Shown here in pieces: positions 25,421 through 37,912 of a DNA stretch of 64,000 bases; the first letter of the stretch is position 1, and the number at the start of each line of letters is the position of its first letter. A program made the translations under genes and the position numbers. The notes beneath the pieces are model-generated. The model ran no database searches. It worked only from the letters and a program-made list of their open reading frames with translations, and had not been told where the DNA came from. Source of the DNA: Klebsormidium nitens. Lineage: Eukaryota > Plantae > Klebsormidiophyceae. The stretch spans positions 28,282 to 92,281 of the forward strand of contig DF237317.1 of the NCBI GenBank assembly GCA_000708835.1. Reading direction: 5' to 3'.

Positions 25421-28400
25421 CTAGAACTCAAGCCTCAGGGTCGAGGATCCGGGTCGATTCGGAACGGTCACCGCAAGCTTGTAAATAGACTTGTCATATG
25501 AGAACGGCAGGCCTTCTCCATCGAGAGTGCACACACGCGGCTCTGCTGAGCTGTACGCACCGAAGGAGCCTCCCCCAATCAGCGTTAGGTCCACAGAGGA
25601 GGTGCCACTGGGAGCCACCTTTTGAATCGCACCTCCAGAGTTGAACATGTCGGTCAACCCGATCGCCGCAAAGTCGGTTCCATTCAATCGCTGAACAGGG
25701 GCGATGGTAAAGACCTCGAACTCCTTGGCGGGCAGAACAAAGGACTGGCTGTGGGTCGCATCAACACGAGCCAAGGAGCCTGCAATGAGAAACCGTCCGT
25801 ACTTTCTCAGTCATGGTCTACGCAGAAGGTCGCATACAAAGCCGCAGACGGGATGCTTTGGTCCAAAACTGCACGAGGTGAGCTGCAACTTACGTATCCG
25901 GCTTTCCTCACACCATGGCACAATTGTGACGGGCAAGCCTGGCACGACCAGTGGCGCGCTCATCCGGCGGCGTGCCTCACCTGCTGTGTGGCTGAAGATG
26001 ACGACGTCCCCGGTCCAGTGCTCCCCCGCCAGCTGCTCCAGCCCGGGGATGTCTGCCCCCGCCACGCCGCCCGCAACCGGCCCGGGTGCCGCGTCGTGCA
26101 CCAACTGCACCTTGGCCGTCTCGCTCCACCCCGCGCCCTACACGGACACACGCGCAGTCAGCGAACGCGAGCCTCAAGCCGGGAGCACTGCAGGGTTCAA
26201 CCACATCGAGCATCACAGTGCATGCTGCACGACATCCGGGACCAAGCAAACAACCCGCAGCCGCTCCCCCTTCGCTTTTAAGGGCTGTTGATCATCGACT
26301 CCGCACGACTCGCTCCCTGTGTCAGCACTGACCTGGCAGTTGAAGGCGCCCACGACGGCGGTCGTCGCGTTGACGTTCCAGATCTTGAGCGGCGTCTTCT
26401 GGTCGCGGCAGGGGTCCGCGAAGAGGCAGTCCAGCGTGGGCCGCCCGGGAAGCAGCGCGCGCAGCACGCGGCCGTCGGGGAGCACCAGCTTGCGCAGCAC
26501 CGCGGGGTCGTGCTCGCCTGCACCAGCGGGGTACATTGGTCACAGCCGCACAGGGGGGCGGGGGCACAGGGATCAGCCGGAGGGAGCAGGAAAAGAGGAG
26601 GGTGCGACATCCGATAAGGCCGAAGCAGCACCTGAGCTTCAACGCAGCGCCAGCTGGAAATGGAGAGGGCACGCGTACCAGGGTGATCTGACACGTAGAC
26701 GGCGCAGCCGCCGACGGCGCGCGCTGCGGCATGATAGAAGGCCATGGGGTGGCGCGACTGGAACATGTCCCAGTCGACCACGAAGAGCTCGCCCATGAAC
26801 AGGCTGTTGTATGCGCATGAGGCCACGTGGATGGTGTGGCTCGCGGGGTCCTGCAGCATCACAGCGCCCAGTGTGAACAAGGCCGCAACTTGGACATGCT
26901 CCTGGTCATCAACGCAGCAGGACCACGCAAAAAAGCTTGGCCAGAAGTGTCGGTGGTCAGAGGTGGCTTCAATCCAGTCGGATACTCTCGGCTTGAGGAC
27001 GTCAGTAACTTGTTCTTCAAACAGTGAGCTCTTGTGACGGTGACTCACGCGAGGCCAGAAGTCGTCAGATGCGCGGACCGAGTTGATGGTGCGCGTGTGG
27101 AACATGGCGTCGTTGCCGTGGCTCATGCACGAGATGGCGTCGTTGTCCGGGAAGTGCGCCGCCACCGAGTCGCTGAAGCCCTTCTGGTACGCGACCTGGA
27201 TGGCCACCCGCCCGCCGAAGGCCTGCCCCACCGTCTCCACCGCGCTCTGCACGTCCACCTTGACGCCGTCCGCGCCCGCAGCCGCCAGGTACGCGTGCTG
27301 GTCCGAAAAGTACTGGCCCACCTGGGCGGGGTCCATCACGCCCACCGCATACGCTTTCATGTCCTGGCCAGAAAAGAGGCAGTCGCAGGCTTAATTCTCG
27401 AAATCGTTGGCAGAAACACCTTGCAATCCCAAAACCGAGGAAACAGGGAATCTGGAACGACCAGAATCGAGAAATGAGGAGCTGGGCAGTACTTCCAATG
27501 CTGATTCTGATGGTGAGCAACGTCGCCAATCATATGGAGATGCCAAACTGTTTTTCGCCGTCTTTACCTCGAGTGCTGCGTCCGGCTGGTTGCAGCGGAC
27601 GCCCGCGGTCACCACTGGTGCCTGCAGGGTCGATCCGTACAGGCCTGGCCGCACGCCACCCCCTGCACACAGACACGCGCGCAGCGTCTCGAGGCAGCGG
27701 TCGTATGGAGGGCTTGAGGAACGGAGATACGTTAAAAATTGGGGCACGTCGCTCAATGGTGTAAAGGTTTGCGTCGTTACTGTACTGGAGAGCACTTGTC
27801 CTGACGACGTCAGTATCTTTTCCAGCGCTCAAAGAGTCCAGACGAAAGGCAAACAACTGTTGCTTGCGCAAGCACGACCAGAACCAGGTTCGTTGAAGCG
27901 CGGCTCACAGTAGCCCCCCAGCGCGTGCCACATGAGGACCTTCTTGACCCCGAGCTCCGCTTTCAGCTTGTGGATGAACGCCTTGAGGCTCTCCGGCCTG
28001 GCAGGATCCCCCGCAGCATCGCCGGCCTCCCTCTGGAACTTGCCGTTCTCCTGGATGCGAACCAGCCGCGTGCTTGATCTGCGCACCACAGACAGGCCCA
28101 CCAGGTACCAGTCAGGCGGGTCTCCCGGGTTTTGCATTCACAGTCTGAACTCCCGAGGACACAAAGTCCTGTTTCAATGAGCCACCAGCCTTCCCTCAAA
28201 GCAAATCAGACACTACCGGAGCAGGCCCTCGCTCTCACATCCAACTAGGTCGAAAGACATAGGTTTTCGACGACGACAATCTTCGATCAAGAGAAACAAT
28301 ACAGAAAGTGCAACAGCTTCATGTGCAAGGTATGAGCAAAGTCTCAGGCAGAGCGGTGCCCCTCTGATATCCCGTGTCCTTTGTTACGACCTTGAGAGTT

Positions 28401-31351
28401 GGGTGGGGTCGGCCTCACTGTGTGCCGAGCTTGGGGTCCAGCTGCAGGGTGTCTTCCCCATCGGCGGCCACCGACTGCCACCCATCGTCAATGATGAGGA
28501 AGCCGGGAGGGGCGCCAGCCTCATGCAAACTGCACGCGCAGGAGCAAACATGAGGAACGCATGTAGCAAGCGGGGGAGCCGGAGTGCTGTGGCCCTGTGA
28601 AGATTGCATCAAGAGCAGTGATATCGACTTCGTACTCTGGCAATAAGTAAGGTACAGTCGCAGGATGTGGCCGGGTCAGCGACCAGTCCTTCCATCTGCA
28701 AAAGATGACATGGTTGGAGAGTGCAATTAAAGAAAAGGAGACACAGCATCGCCTGAGTTGCTCCACCCGTTTGTCAACAGGCCTCACCTCTTGAGGCCCT
28801 GCTCAATGCCTGCAGCATTGACCTGGGTGTAGAAAGCGTCTGCACCACAACCAGCAAAGTCAGCCAAGGCCGGCACAGGCACTGCAATTGGCCAAATTGG
28901 ATCATATGCTACCAACCGTGGACTTCTGACCTTGAACCACAACAACACGACAAAAGCTCGCAATCCTTTTCGACTTATTGCTGGATGATTGCGCGATTTC
29001 CGACGAACGTACTTCAGAAGCAACACATTGCGCTACTTATTTTGTTGTTGCCGCAGGAACTTCGCCCGCCAGCTCCCAAGCCAGGCGAAGGTCATGACAG
29101 CCCTGGCAACCATGTGTCTGCCTAAGCTCGCTTACCCCATGTGCACCACCCAAAGTGAGACAGCATCCCCGGAATCTGCAAAGAAAGCCAAGAGATGAAA
29201 GTGAGGGGAGGACTGCTCACGGGCAGAAATGATGTCAAGATAACCTGCAGATTCAACAAACTGCTGAGTATCGATTGGCAAGATGAGTTTGCCCTTACCG
29301 CATGCGGCCATCAAAGGTTCCTACTTCAACTTTAACACTTGAAAACCTGCTCTGTTGACCACTACTTAGAGCAATTGGTGAGGCCTTCACATGGCTCGAG
29401 CTTCACAGCCAAGTCTCCACAAGGGTCAGTGGCAGATCAAATCACCTTCTTCTGCGTCCTGGTCTGGAATGTCTGCAGGTGCTCTCTAACCGCCTCCACG
29501 CTCTTCTCAATGGCAACATATGGGTCTGAGTCAGAGCCGGCATATGCAATAGCCTTGAAAGTGGACTTGGTCACCACCGTGCTCCCTGCAGGAGATACAA
29601 AATGAGTTTGGGTGCCAAAACGCTGGACAAGAATGATTGCCACCCGTTCTTGTTGGCTCAGCACAACAGAGCCACGCAGACACGTCAGCAGCTTTTGCTG
29701 CCTTTTTACTTCTTTACTCTTCCTCAAACTGCCGCTAAAGCTCTCAGGCACTTGAAAGGAGTTGGAGCCTACATTTGCAGCTCGAAATGAAGCTCACCAG
29801 ACTCGACGACCAGCTGCAGCCTGTTGTTGCCACCACCCTGGAGACATGCTCGGAATGGACCCTCCACAATTGGCAGGATTACAGCATAAGATGGCTTCTT
29901 ATTCAAGCTCCCATTGCTGTCATCTGCCTTCAACTCTAGAAGAAGAAACTGCGTCTCGGCAGCCACATGATCACCACTGTCTGCAATCCTTTGGCACTGC
30001 ATGACACACCAAATGAGTAAGACCGCAGGAGGCGTGAAGGTGGAAGTGTCATCGAAACAGAGATTGCAAGATGTCCATGTAAGAAGTCGTACTCCAAACC
30101 CAAAGCGCCTGAGGATGAGAAACTGCATTTCCGAGGTGCATAGCACCTTAAGAAGTTTCTCGCATCTTCATCATTGATTGGGGAACCAGCCTAACAAAAT
30201 CTACAAAAGTGAGACATTGACAGTAGAATTTGCAAAGATCATGCTATTTCAAAGCAGCTCTTGCTATTGAGTTCAAAAATTACAACCAGCACGCTCATGC
30301 CATCTCTTAGTTGATTCTGCCAATGACGCCTATAAGGCTTTTATAACACGCGCAATGAGGCGCCGCCAGCCTTTTATCTCGCACGCAATGAAGCTTCTAA
30401 TCTGGACTTGCTTGTTGTTGTATTGTTATCCATTTCATTCTGCCCGTATGCTTGACGCCATCTTGCATCAGTACCACCATTTAAGATAAACAAGCAGGTG
30501 TCAAGGATTTCTGCAGTGTGATCTTCGCCCGCATAGACAAGTCATCCTAGCACAGAGGAGAGGTGGCATACCTGCCACCACAGCTTGAATCGAAACGAGG
30601 AAACAAATCGTGTGGCCCTGCAGCATAAGGCCAGATAAAGTATGAATGTGCTCCAAGCAGAGAACAAGCATGTTGAAACTTGCTCTCCACAAGTCTTCAC
30701 ATTTACATTGGGGGTTGATATCTTGAGACCAGCAAGAATTTGTCAGAATCTCAGAACCTTTGCTGGAAACCTCTCCTCGAGGAATGTGTAATTGACAACG
30801 CTTGAAATGCATCACAGGCTCCATTTGAGATGATGGTCAATATAGGCAGTTCCGCAATTCGTATCAACCAGCTGGCTCAGCTTGAGAAATTGCTCTCCAC
30901 AACTGAAGGAGTCAAAAACTCAAAATCCTTACGTCAAGGTACCGAGGTCAAATGTATGAGCTGAATCCGCCTGGCTGGCAGAGGCTCCAATGAAGGCTCC
31001 TGAGGTGGTGGTTGCCGGAGAGATAGTCACGTTAGGTGCAATCTCTGATAACAAGGTCCTTCCGCCAACAAGAAGAGAGCGGTCGCTCAATTCCACGCTG
31101 TTCTCCATTTTCTGTCCAACTTGCTTGATCGGAGATGACACCGCTGCCTGGCAGTCGACCTTGCAGGGTCTATTGAGGCGCGGGTTTGAGCGTAGTCTGC
31201 GGATATCCGAGCTGGCCGCCAAAGCAAGGGGCGTTTGCTGATGCAGCAGGGGACAAGGTAACAAAAAGGTGGAAGAAAGCTGAAGAGAGCGACCAAAAGA
31301 CTTGGTGGTCAAAAGCAGACCTTGGCAATTGCGAATCACGATTTGTGACAT
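25421..31351 (-). CDS. GH36 seed-imbibition protein / alkaline alpha-galactosidase / raffinose synthase family
   Basis: Exons: [20 protein letters not shown] (ATG 31108; in-frame upstream Mets at 31351 and 31378), [54 protein letters not shown] (nucleophile motif), RASDDFWP (acid/base motif), [70 protein letters not shown]. Ends LRLEF* at 25421. Confidence 0.93.
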
Positions 31352-32006
31352 GACGAGGGAGGTGGTAGCTTCCCACAATCAACAAACTGAACAAGGTGAC
31401 AAGCGCAGCGCGGCTTGCACAGAACAGGCTAGGGAGGCCAGGTATAAACAACCTTCAGGTTTCATTGTCAATGGGAATCAAAAACAACCTCTTCAACGAT
31501 TATGGTGCTCAATGCTCATGCCAACGGGTGGTAGGTACCTATCGACACCCGTACCATGATTACGTATCATTATGGGACACAACTCGCCTTCGTTGGATCA
31601 ATGCAGTGCTGCTGGCAAACACACGCCGTTGATGAGCCCTGCTGGTGTTTCCTGACGGTTGCGATCACCGGAGAGTGGCATTTATTCTGATTTTAACGTC
31701 GACGTGCATGCATTCAAATCTTGCCCAATCCGTCCTCAGTGCTCACCTTCAACAATTGGCTGCAGACCGTGTGCCTCGCTCTAGTTCTTGCAGAGTGAAG
31801 TCAGAAGGAGCCAGAGTCTAGGATTTAGAATCTTCTGGAGAACCGCAAGTCGCTTGCCTTTGCAGCAGTTTTTGCCACTTCCTCGCACCATTTTTCCTGA
31901 ATGTCACATTGTCATTCTTCTTACTGTAGACAGTCAAATCCACGGTGTCTTTTAGCGTGACTTGATATCTTGTGAGAGATTCTTTGCGCCGCAGAAGAGT
32001 TGCACA

Positions 32007-34103
32007 ATGTCGTCCATGACCATGTCGCGATCAGTAGCGCTCAGTGGACCAAGCGCCTGTGCGGCAGCAGACCTGAGGGCCTCTAGCTTGAGCAGTAAGT
32101 CCTACAATGCCAGCGCTCAAGTACCAGTGCTCAAGTCCTTTGAAGGTCAACAGATGCAAAGAGGACGATATGGGGATTGCCACATTGCAAGGGACTTGCA
32201 GTGTTTTCGCCGTTCGGGATGATATACCAACAAAAATGTTTCTTTGATGTGTAGGTAATTTGGCAACCACTCCGAGCCCTGTTGGCCAGAGGTTGCCTAT
32301 GTTGGGGTTCTCGGGTAGCAAGCAGAATTGTTCAAGGAGAGCCTGTCGAGTGGTGTCTGTTCGGGCGCTCACCAACAATGAGGTTGATATCGAGAAGGTG
32401 AGTGGTACAGACAGCGCCAGAGTGTTTCACTTGGTAATGGTGCATGGTAGATATCGTCCGTGCACAACCTGGGCGCTGCAGTCAAGATGGCTAGACTGCC
32501 ATCTGCTCTTGATGCACGTGGTGGTAGACTCACCAAGGTCGTGGATATCACATCCTTGATGCATTGTGAATCCTGGCTAGCCTTTCCTACTTTGTTCTAC
32601 ACTGATGCCCTGGCCAATCGAAGGATTGGGAAACAAACGGGCAGCAGTCTAGAATCTGCAGCCCTTTCAAGTTTCCACGGTTTTTTGGGATTTTCAGTAG
32701 TTTGTTGTATTCTGTCTGCCGTTCTTTTACGAGTGAAAAACTTTGTTGTGCTGCAGGTTCAGCCAATGGGTGATCGATTGTTTGTCCGTGTTGATGACGC
32801 ACCACAGGTGAGTCTGCACTCGTCTGTCAACGGGAGGAAGCTTCGATGGACGCATTAGGAGCACCATAATTGAGTTACCTCATCTATGCACGCATGCCGT
32901 TCATAAAGTTTCGATTTGTATGCCTTAAGTCCAAGACCTGTATATCTAGCGTACTGAAGATTTGACTGGAGACAATTATTAACATGGGATTCGAGCTACT
33001 TCTACAACTCATCTGAATCGGCCAAGGCTAAACACGTGATGGTGGGGGTAATTCTGGGGGCTTAGAGTCTACCTTCTTCTACCGCAAGTTCGTCAGATGC
33101 AGTGCACGTCAAGATGTAGAGATGTGAGTCTTGGATGGAAACAAGCGGACCGCCAGGGTCTTCCGATGTGTCTTTTTGTGGGCCGACACCCAAGCCTGGA
33201 TGATCTGACAATTAGGGATAAGCAACATCGTTGTCAACATTGCGGTGCAATGTTCTTCCAGGCCACAGCAGGAGGCATTCTGCTTCCAAAGTCATCAACG
33301 TCAAGCGAAAAGTTTCTTCTGGGGGAGGTGAGGTTACACGCACTTGAGAGCTTAGAACAGGATGGAGAGAAGCGGGTATTTAGTTTCCCAGCCATAGTCA
33401 TGGCTGAGTTTGTACCGAGTTATATTGTGAAATTTGGTCGCTTACAATTTTGTTGCATGAGTGGTCACGGTCATAATATTTGGCATCAGGTGCCTTGATT
33501 CTGATCGCATGCCCTTTTTGACTGGCCGCTGGATCATACGTTCGCTGTCAGCATTGAGCACTCCATGCGGAGGGCGTCGCAGCGCACGAATTCTTGGCCT
33601 GTACAAGTTTCGAGGATATCTCAGTTCCTCAACTTTGGGAAGCACGGTGGGTTCTGATGCACCCAGTTTGGTCAGTAGTAACCCGCTCATGTTTCGATCT
33701 GTGTCTTTACTTTCTTTATATGTACATCGTGTAGGTGTTGGCAGTGGGCAAGGAAGCTAGCGGGGCATATAGCAAGGGGCAACGAGTGCTCTTCACGGAT
33801 CTGCATACACAAGAGGTTGGTTGCCCCCATGGCCTTGCCTTCGACCGCTAATCTTCTGCCAACTGCACCGCCCAGTACTTTACCTTGTAAACGAGCTAGT
33901 TTCAAGCCGCGACTAATTTCATATGTTGCAATGAAGATTCGAGCAACTGTTGCAGACCTGACCTGAACCTTGGGGGCGTGTGATGTTCTTCAAATCGGGC
34001 AGTCAATATCAATTTTTGTCTTCTCTCGCAGGTTAACCTGGGCTCGCGGAAGGATAAGCTTGCCTTTGTCAAAGCTAAGGACCTCTTGGGAGTCGTCGAA
34101 TAG
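32007..34103 (+). CDS. CPN10: Plastid-type 10-kDa chaperonin (Cpn10/GroES), single domain with transit peptide
   Basis: Six exons: 32007-32094, 32255-32397, 32757-32807, 33262-33327, 33735-33815, and about 34032-34103. A Ser/Ala/Arg-rich N-terminus precedes VQPMGDRLFVRVDDAPQ-ATAGGILLPKSS...GE-VLAVG...KGQRVLF...-AFVKAKDLLGVVE*. Splice phases are consistent. Confidence 0.9.
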
Positions 34104-35588
34104 GTGCAGTCGTTTTATATGTAGGGACACTTTTTGGTTGTTTGAATATCGGACTTGCAAACAAAGAAACTTAAAATTTCTTGCGGCTCCCAGCTGGCCC
34201 ATCATTTCTCGGCCGCTCAGGGTAAAAACATCTATATGGAAACCAGGTGTCGACCTGCTCCGCTTCTTGTTTGAAGAAATGGATCCATTCTGAACATAGG
34301 TACACTTACCAAGAGACCAGGAGCATTGAGAATCTTGGGACAGTTAACCACGACACGAGATCGAAGCATTGCCAAATATTTGAGTCAGAATCAGTTGATC
34401 GAAACCCGCAATTGTACCCACGGTCTGTTTGTTTACAGATCAAAATCTCAAACAACCAAAGGATGGCCGAAACTCAAGATGTACATCTGCAGAAGTATCT
34501 CAAGCTATCAATCATAAATCGAAAGAAGCGATGCTTACAAGCGATCTGGTCGATAACCAATTGAGGTGCACCAGAACCCGAAGCTGGTGAATGTCGATTT
34601 CATGATGCTTCTAAGTTTTCCATCAGCACGTTCTGCATGGCAGAGCGTCATTAGTATACAGTTGACGTTTCAGATCTAAGCGTCACTTGCATGGTTCCTG
34701 TCTATGTCGTGGACTATATTTGAACAGCCTTATAGACCTGCAACTGGATCCCCGGCGCATTTAGTTACTAGTGATGCATATAATGTTGAGCAGAGCCAGT
34801 GTGAGATATCGAGTGACTGGGCGCGGCCGACATTGCTTTGCGCCAGCCTACATAGATGATTAAATGCCAAACCAGCGCGCTTAGAGCTCAGCTGGTCAAT
34901 TGTAGTGCACATACCATCATTGATGCAGAGCTGTAATGCATCGGATAGTGCTTCTATGACTCGATATCGAGGCCACTTCTATGACTTGGTTTCGAGGCCA
35001 GGATCGAAACACAATTGTTTTTCGAAATATACAATGATGAAAAGCTATGCTTGGCAAAACCTGCTCACCGTCACTGCTGCGCACCTAAATGGAAGCTACA
35101 TGTGAGCATGAGGCTTTCCGCAAGTCTCCCCTGCAAACTCTTTTGCATTAACAACTACTACTATGATACAGAGCCGGAATCTGCCCATGCCGACCTTGAC
35201 TCTAAAACGACCCCCTAATCTAGGCAAACAACTGCAAGTCGCCCGTTTCAGCCAACTGTACACTGCACTGTCTTTGTCGTGACCACTGCTTGAACGACTC
35301 AATACAACAAGGAACCAGGTCAAAATCAACTCTTCAGCTCACCTTCAATACAGACTTGGATTGCGCCTGGACATCAATCGACGACTAAAGTGAGCTACTC
35401 TTAGTGCGGTGCATCTTGATCAGGGTGCATTTCACCAAAGACTAAGCTGAACTACTTCGACCATGAATGTTCAACCTTGCTTCCGGCATGATGGATTCGT
35501 ACTAATGTTCAATCCATCTGCAATGTGGTGGCCCCCCCAGGGCCCAACGTGCGCCGCCCCCAGTACGGCCAACTTGTACCCCATCTGC

Positions 35589-36377
35589 CTATTCCCTGCC
35601 CTCTCTCTCCTCCCTGGAGACCACCCGGCAGACCTGCACCAACTCGCTGTCCCCATCGGAAAGGTCGTCGCATCTCTCCTCAATCCAGCACTGCACATGC
35701 TCCAGGAAGGTCTTGTTCCCAGGCCGCTCGGATCGCTTGATGTAAGTGGCGGCCTCCCGCTCGGTGTACGCGTCAATGTGCTCGTCTGTCGCAGCCGCCA
35801 TGCTGTCCGAGTACGAGGGATACGCAAAGTAGGCCTGCGCCTCTGCGGCCGCCACCAGCCGCTCTTCCTCGGGGTGCAGCTCCGACGCAGTGACGTGCAA
35901 GTCACGCAATGCAATGGCAAGGCGCTTGTAGTGGCCCTTGTCCACCCCCTCCAGCTCGTCCAGCCGCTCCACGCCCGCGTTGCTGATGCTATACACCTCG
36001 CCCTTCACATGGTGCCCCTCGTCCCGGTTGTTGAGCATGAACGGCACCTGGAACGGCCCGCACACCAGCGGGTACCGGTGCTGCGTGCGCGCCGTGCCCA
36101 GGAAGTGTGCGGTGCCCTGCTGCACCATGTCCTCCATGAGCCAGTAGTTGCCGAACCCACGCTTTAGGGTGCCATACACGAACGCCAGCTGGCGCCGAGT
36201 GAAGGCCTCCTTTGGACCCGCAGGCTGTGAGAGACCATGAGAGCGTTCGCGGACGGGGGCTGCTGGAGAAGGGGCTGGCCACCGCTTAGAGGGAGCCTCC
36301 GGAGGAGAGGCCCGGTAGGGGGTGGTGGCAGGGGAGTGCTGGCATACAAGAGGGCCGCAGCACAGGGCGCGCGTCAT
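35589..36377 (-). CDS. AIG2-like gamma-glutamylcyclotransferase (GGACT-like)
   Basis: Single ORF with AFVYGTLKRGFGN, PLVCGPFQVPFML, VKGEVYS, LDELEG (catalytic Glu motif) and HYKR. The true start is uncertain: the first ~50 codons may be UTR or intron because an acceptor-like tctcacag precedes the domain. Confidence 0.88.
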   Translation of the reverse strand: MTRALCCGPLVCQHSPATTPYRASPPEAPSKRWPAPSPAAPVRERSHGLSQPAGPKEAFTRRQLAFVYGTLKRGFGNYWLMEDMVQQGTAHFLGTARTQHRYPLVCGPFQVPFMLNNRDEGHHVKGEVYSISNAGVERLDELEGVDKGHYKRLAIALRDLHVTASELHPEEERLVAAAEAQAYFAYPSYSDSMAAATDEHIDAYTEREAATYIKRSERPGNKTFLEHVQCWIEERCDDLSDGDSELVQVCRVVSREEREGRE

Positions 36378-37391
36378 GCTTACTTTGTTTGGGTTCTATC
36401 CGGATTGTCCTACCTGGAACAGGCCACAAGTAACCAACACCTGCAATTGGAGGCAGCAGGAATCAAAGGTCCAGGGAAAACGGAGCACGCCACATGTACC
36501 ACATGTCACAGTTTGAAGCTACAAGATGGATAAGGATTCGGCCAGGCATGAAAAGCAATCCTCCAGAGAACGATGGGCCCCAGGTCAATCATGGCACGCT
36601 CCATAAATCTCCAATTCTTACTTATGTACAGAAGGTAACACCAAGTTGCTCAGAAATCTTCCCTTGAAACCGTTCAAGCCCACAGTTCAGAGGCAACAGA
36701 ACAAAGTACAGCAGTCCACAGCAGTAACCGGAACTTCTGCAATCCCCCGAAAATTGTCAAAGGGTCACATTGAGTGCTTGTAAAAGTTCAACGGACAAAA
36801 TCTGATCGGATTGTTTATGTACCACGTTTGCACAGAATCATCTCAAGAAAGCTGCAAGCGGCGGCATTGACTGCAAGAAACCTTTATTACCAGCATTCAC
36901 GAGTTTCAAAGCTACCTGCCTCCTGCTCCACACCCGAAGGTGTAAGCGCATGCAGGCACTCTTCGCTATGCCCACCAAATGATTCAATCAACTCCTCAAG
37001 AAGGTAGACTAAGACAGGAACCTCACCACTATGTGTGGCCTAGATAACGCGGTTCCACGGAAAGAAGCAGAAGCGCTGAGCCAGACCGTCGTCCGAGCAT
37101 CTCACAAAACCTAGACCAGCATAACATTGACTTCTCCAGAAGCAGACACTTTCATCCTCCAACGGGACATGCACATTGAAGGCTATCGAATGGACCGTAT
37201 GATGGAATTCCGAATCTCGAAGCCCTTCTTTGCGCATTTCCAAGTGCCCAGCACTGCAGCAGGAAAGTGCAGGTCGCAGGCAGGTCGCAGGGAGGGTGTC
37301 GAGTCAGGACTCTGGATAAATTTCAGTTTTATGTTGAGTAATAGGCGCCTAGGCTGAGTTAGATCAGCTCCCCGGGTGCAAGCAAACTAAG

Positions 37392-37418
37392 AACCTAAAC
37401 CTACCTAAACCTAAACCT
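37392..37418 (+). repeat. Short telomere-like (CCTAAA)n tract
   Basis: aacctaaacctacctaaacctaaacct in the divergent GGCT/SWEET spacer, about 500 bp upstream of the SWEET ATG. Confidence 0.5.
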
Positions 37419-37912
37419 GTCAACGTGTTTTAAGCAGGTTCCACCTTAACCACTAAATCAATAGCACACATTTCCCTGGCCACTGGGTTGATCGAACTCA
37501 CCAATGACCATAGCCGTCGGTGTGTGCGTGCGTCCAGTTATTAAATTAACCCGACATTAAAAATCGAGACTGCTGGTTTTCTGGTCAACTCGTTCAACAC
37601 GAGCTTCGCTAACCATTACCACGCAGGACTCGTCACGGTCCAATTGTGAGAGCCGCTTGCCCAGCAAGCTTTGTCCCCGTGCCTAGTTGAATGGGTGGTA
37701 CCAGACTCGGAGGTCACAGACTCGAAATCGAATTAAAATGGCGCATGGCTTCAGAGATGCTTTGACAATTTTGCTCCTTGAGGCACCTTGATCCTTGCGC
37801 TTGCAATTGGCAGATCGGCACGATCAGCAGCATCGAAGCCGGTGGTTTTCTTGCCTGCCCCTACATGACCAAATTCTCTGCTTGGGGGCGAGCAGTCCGG
37901 CTGGAGTGAGCT

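Noticed and set aside
37040-37357. Short ORFs in the GGCT/SWEET spacer
   Set aside because: No family motif; could be 5' UTR exons.
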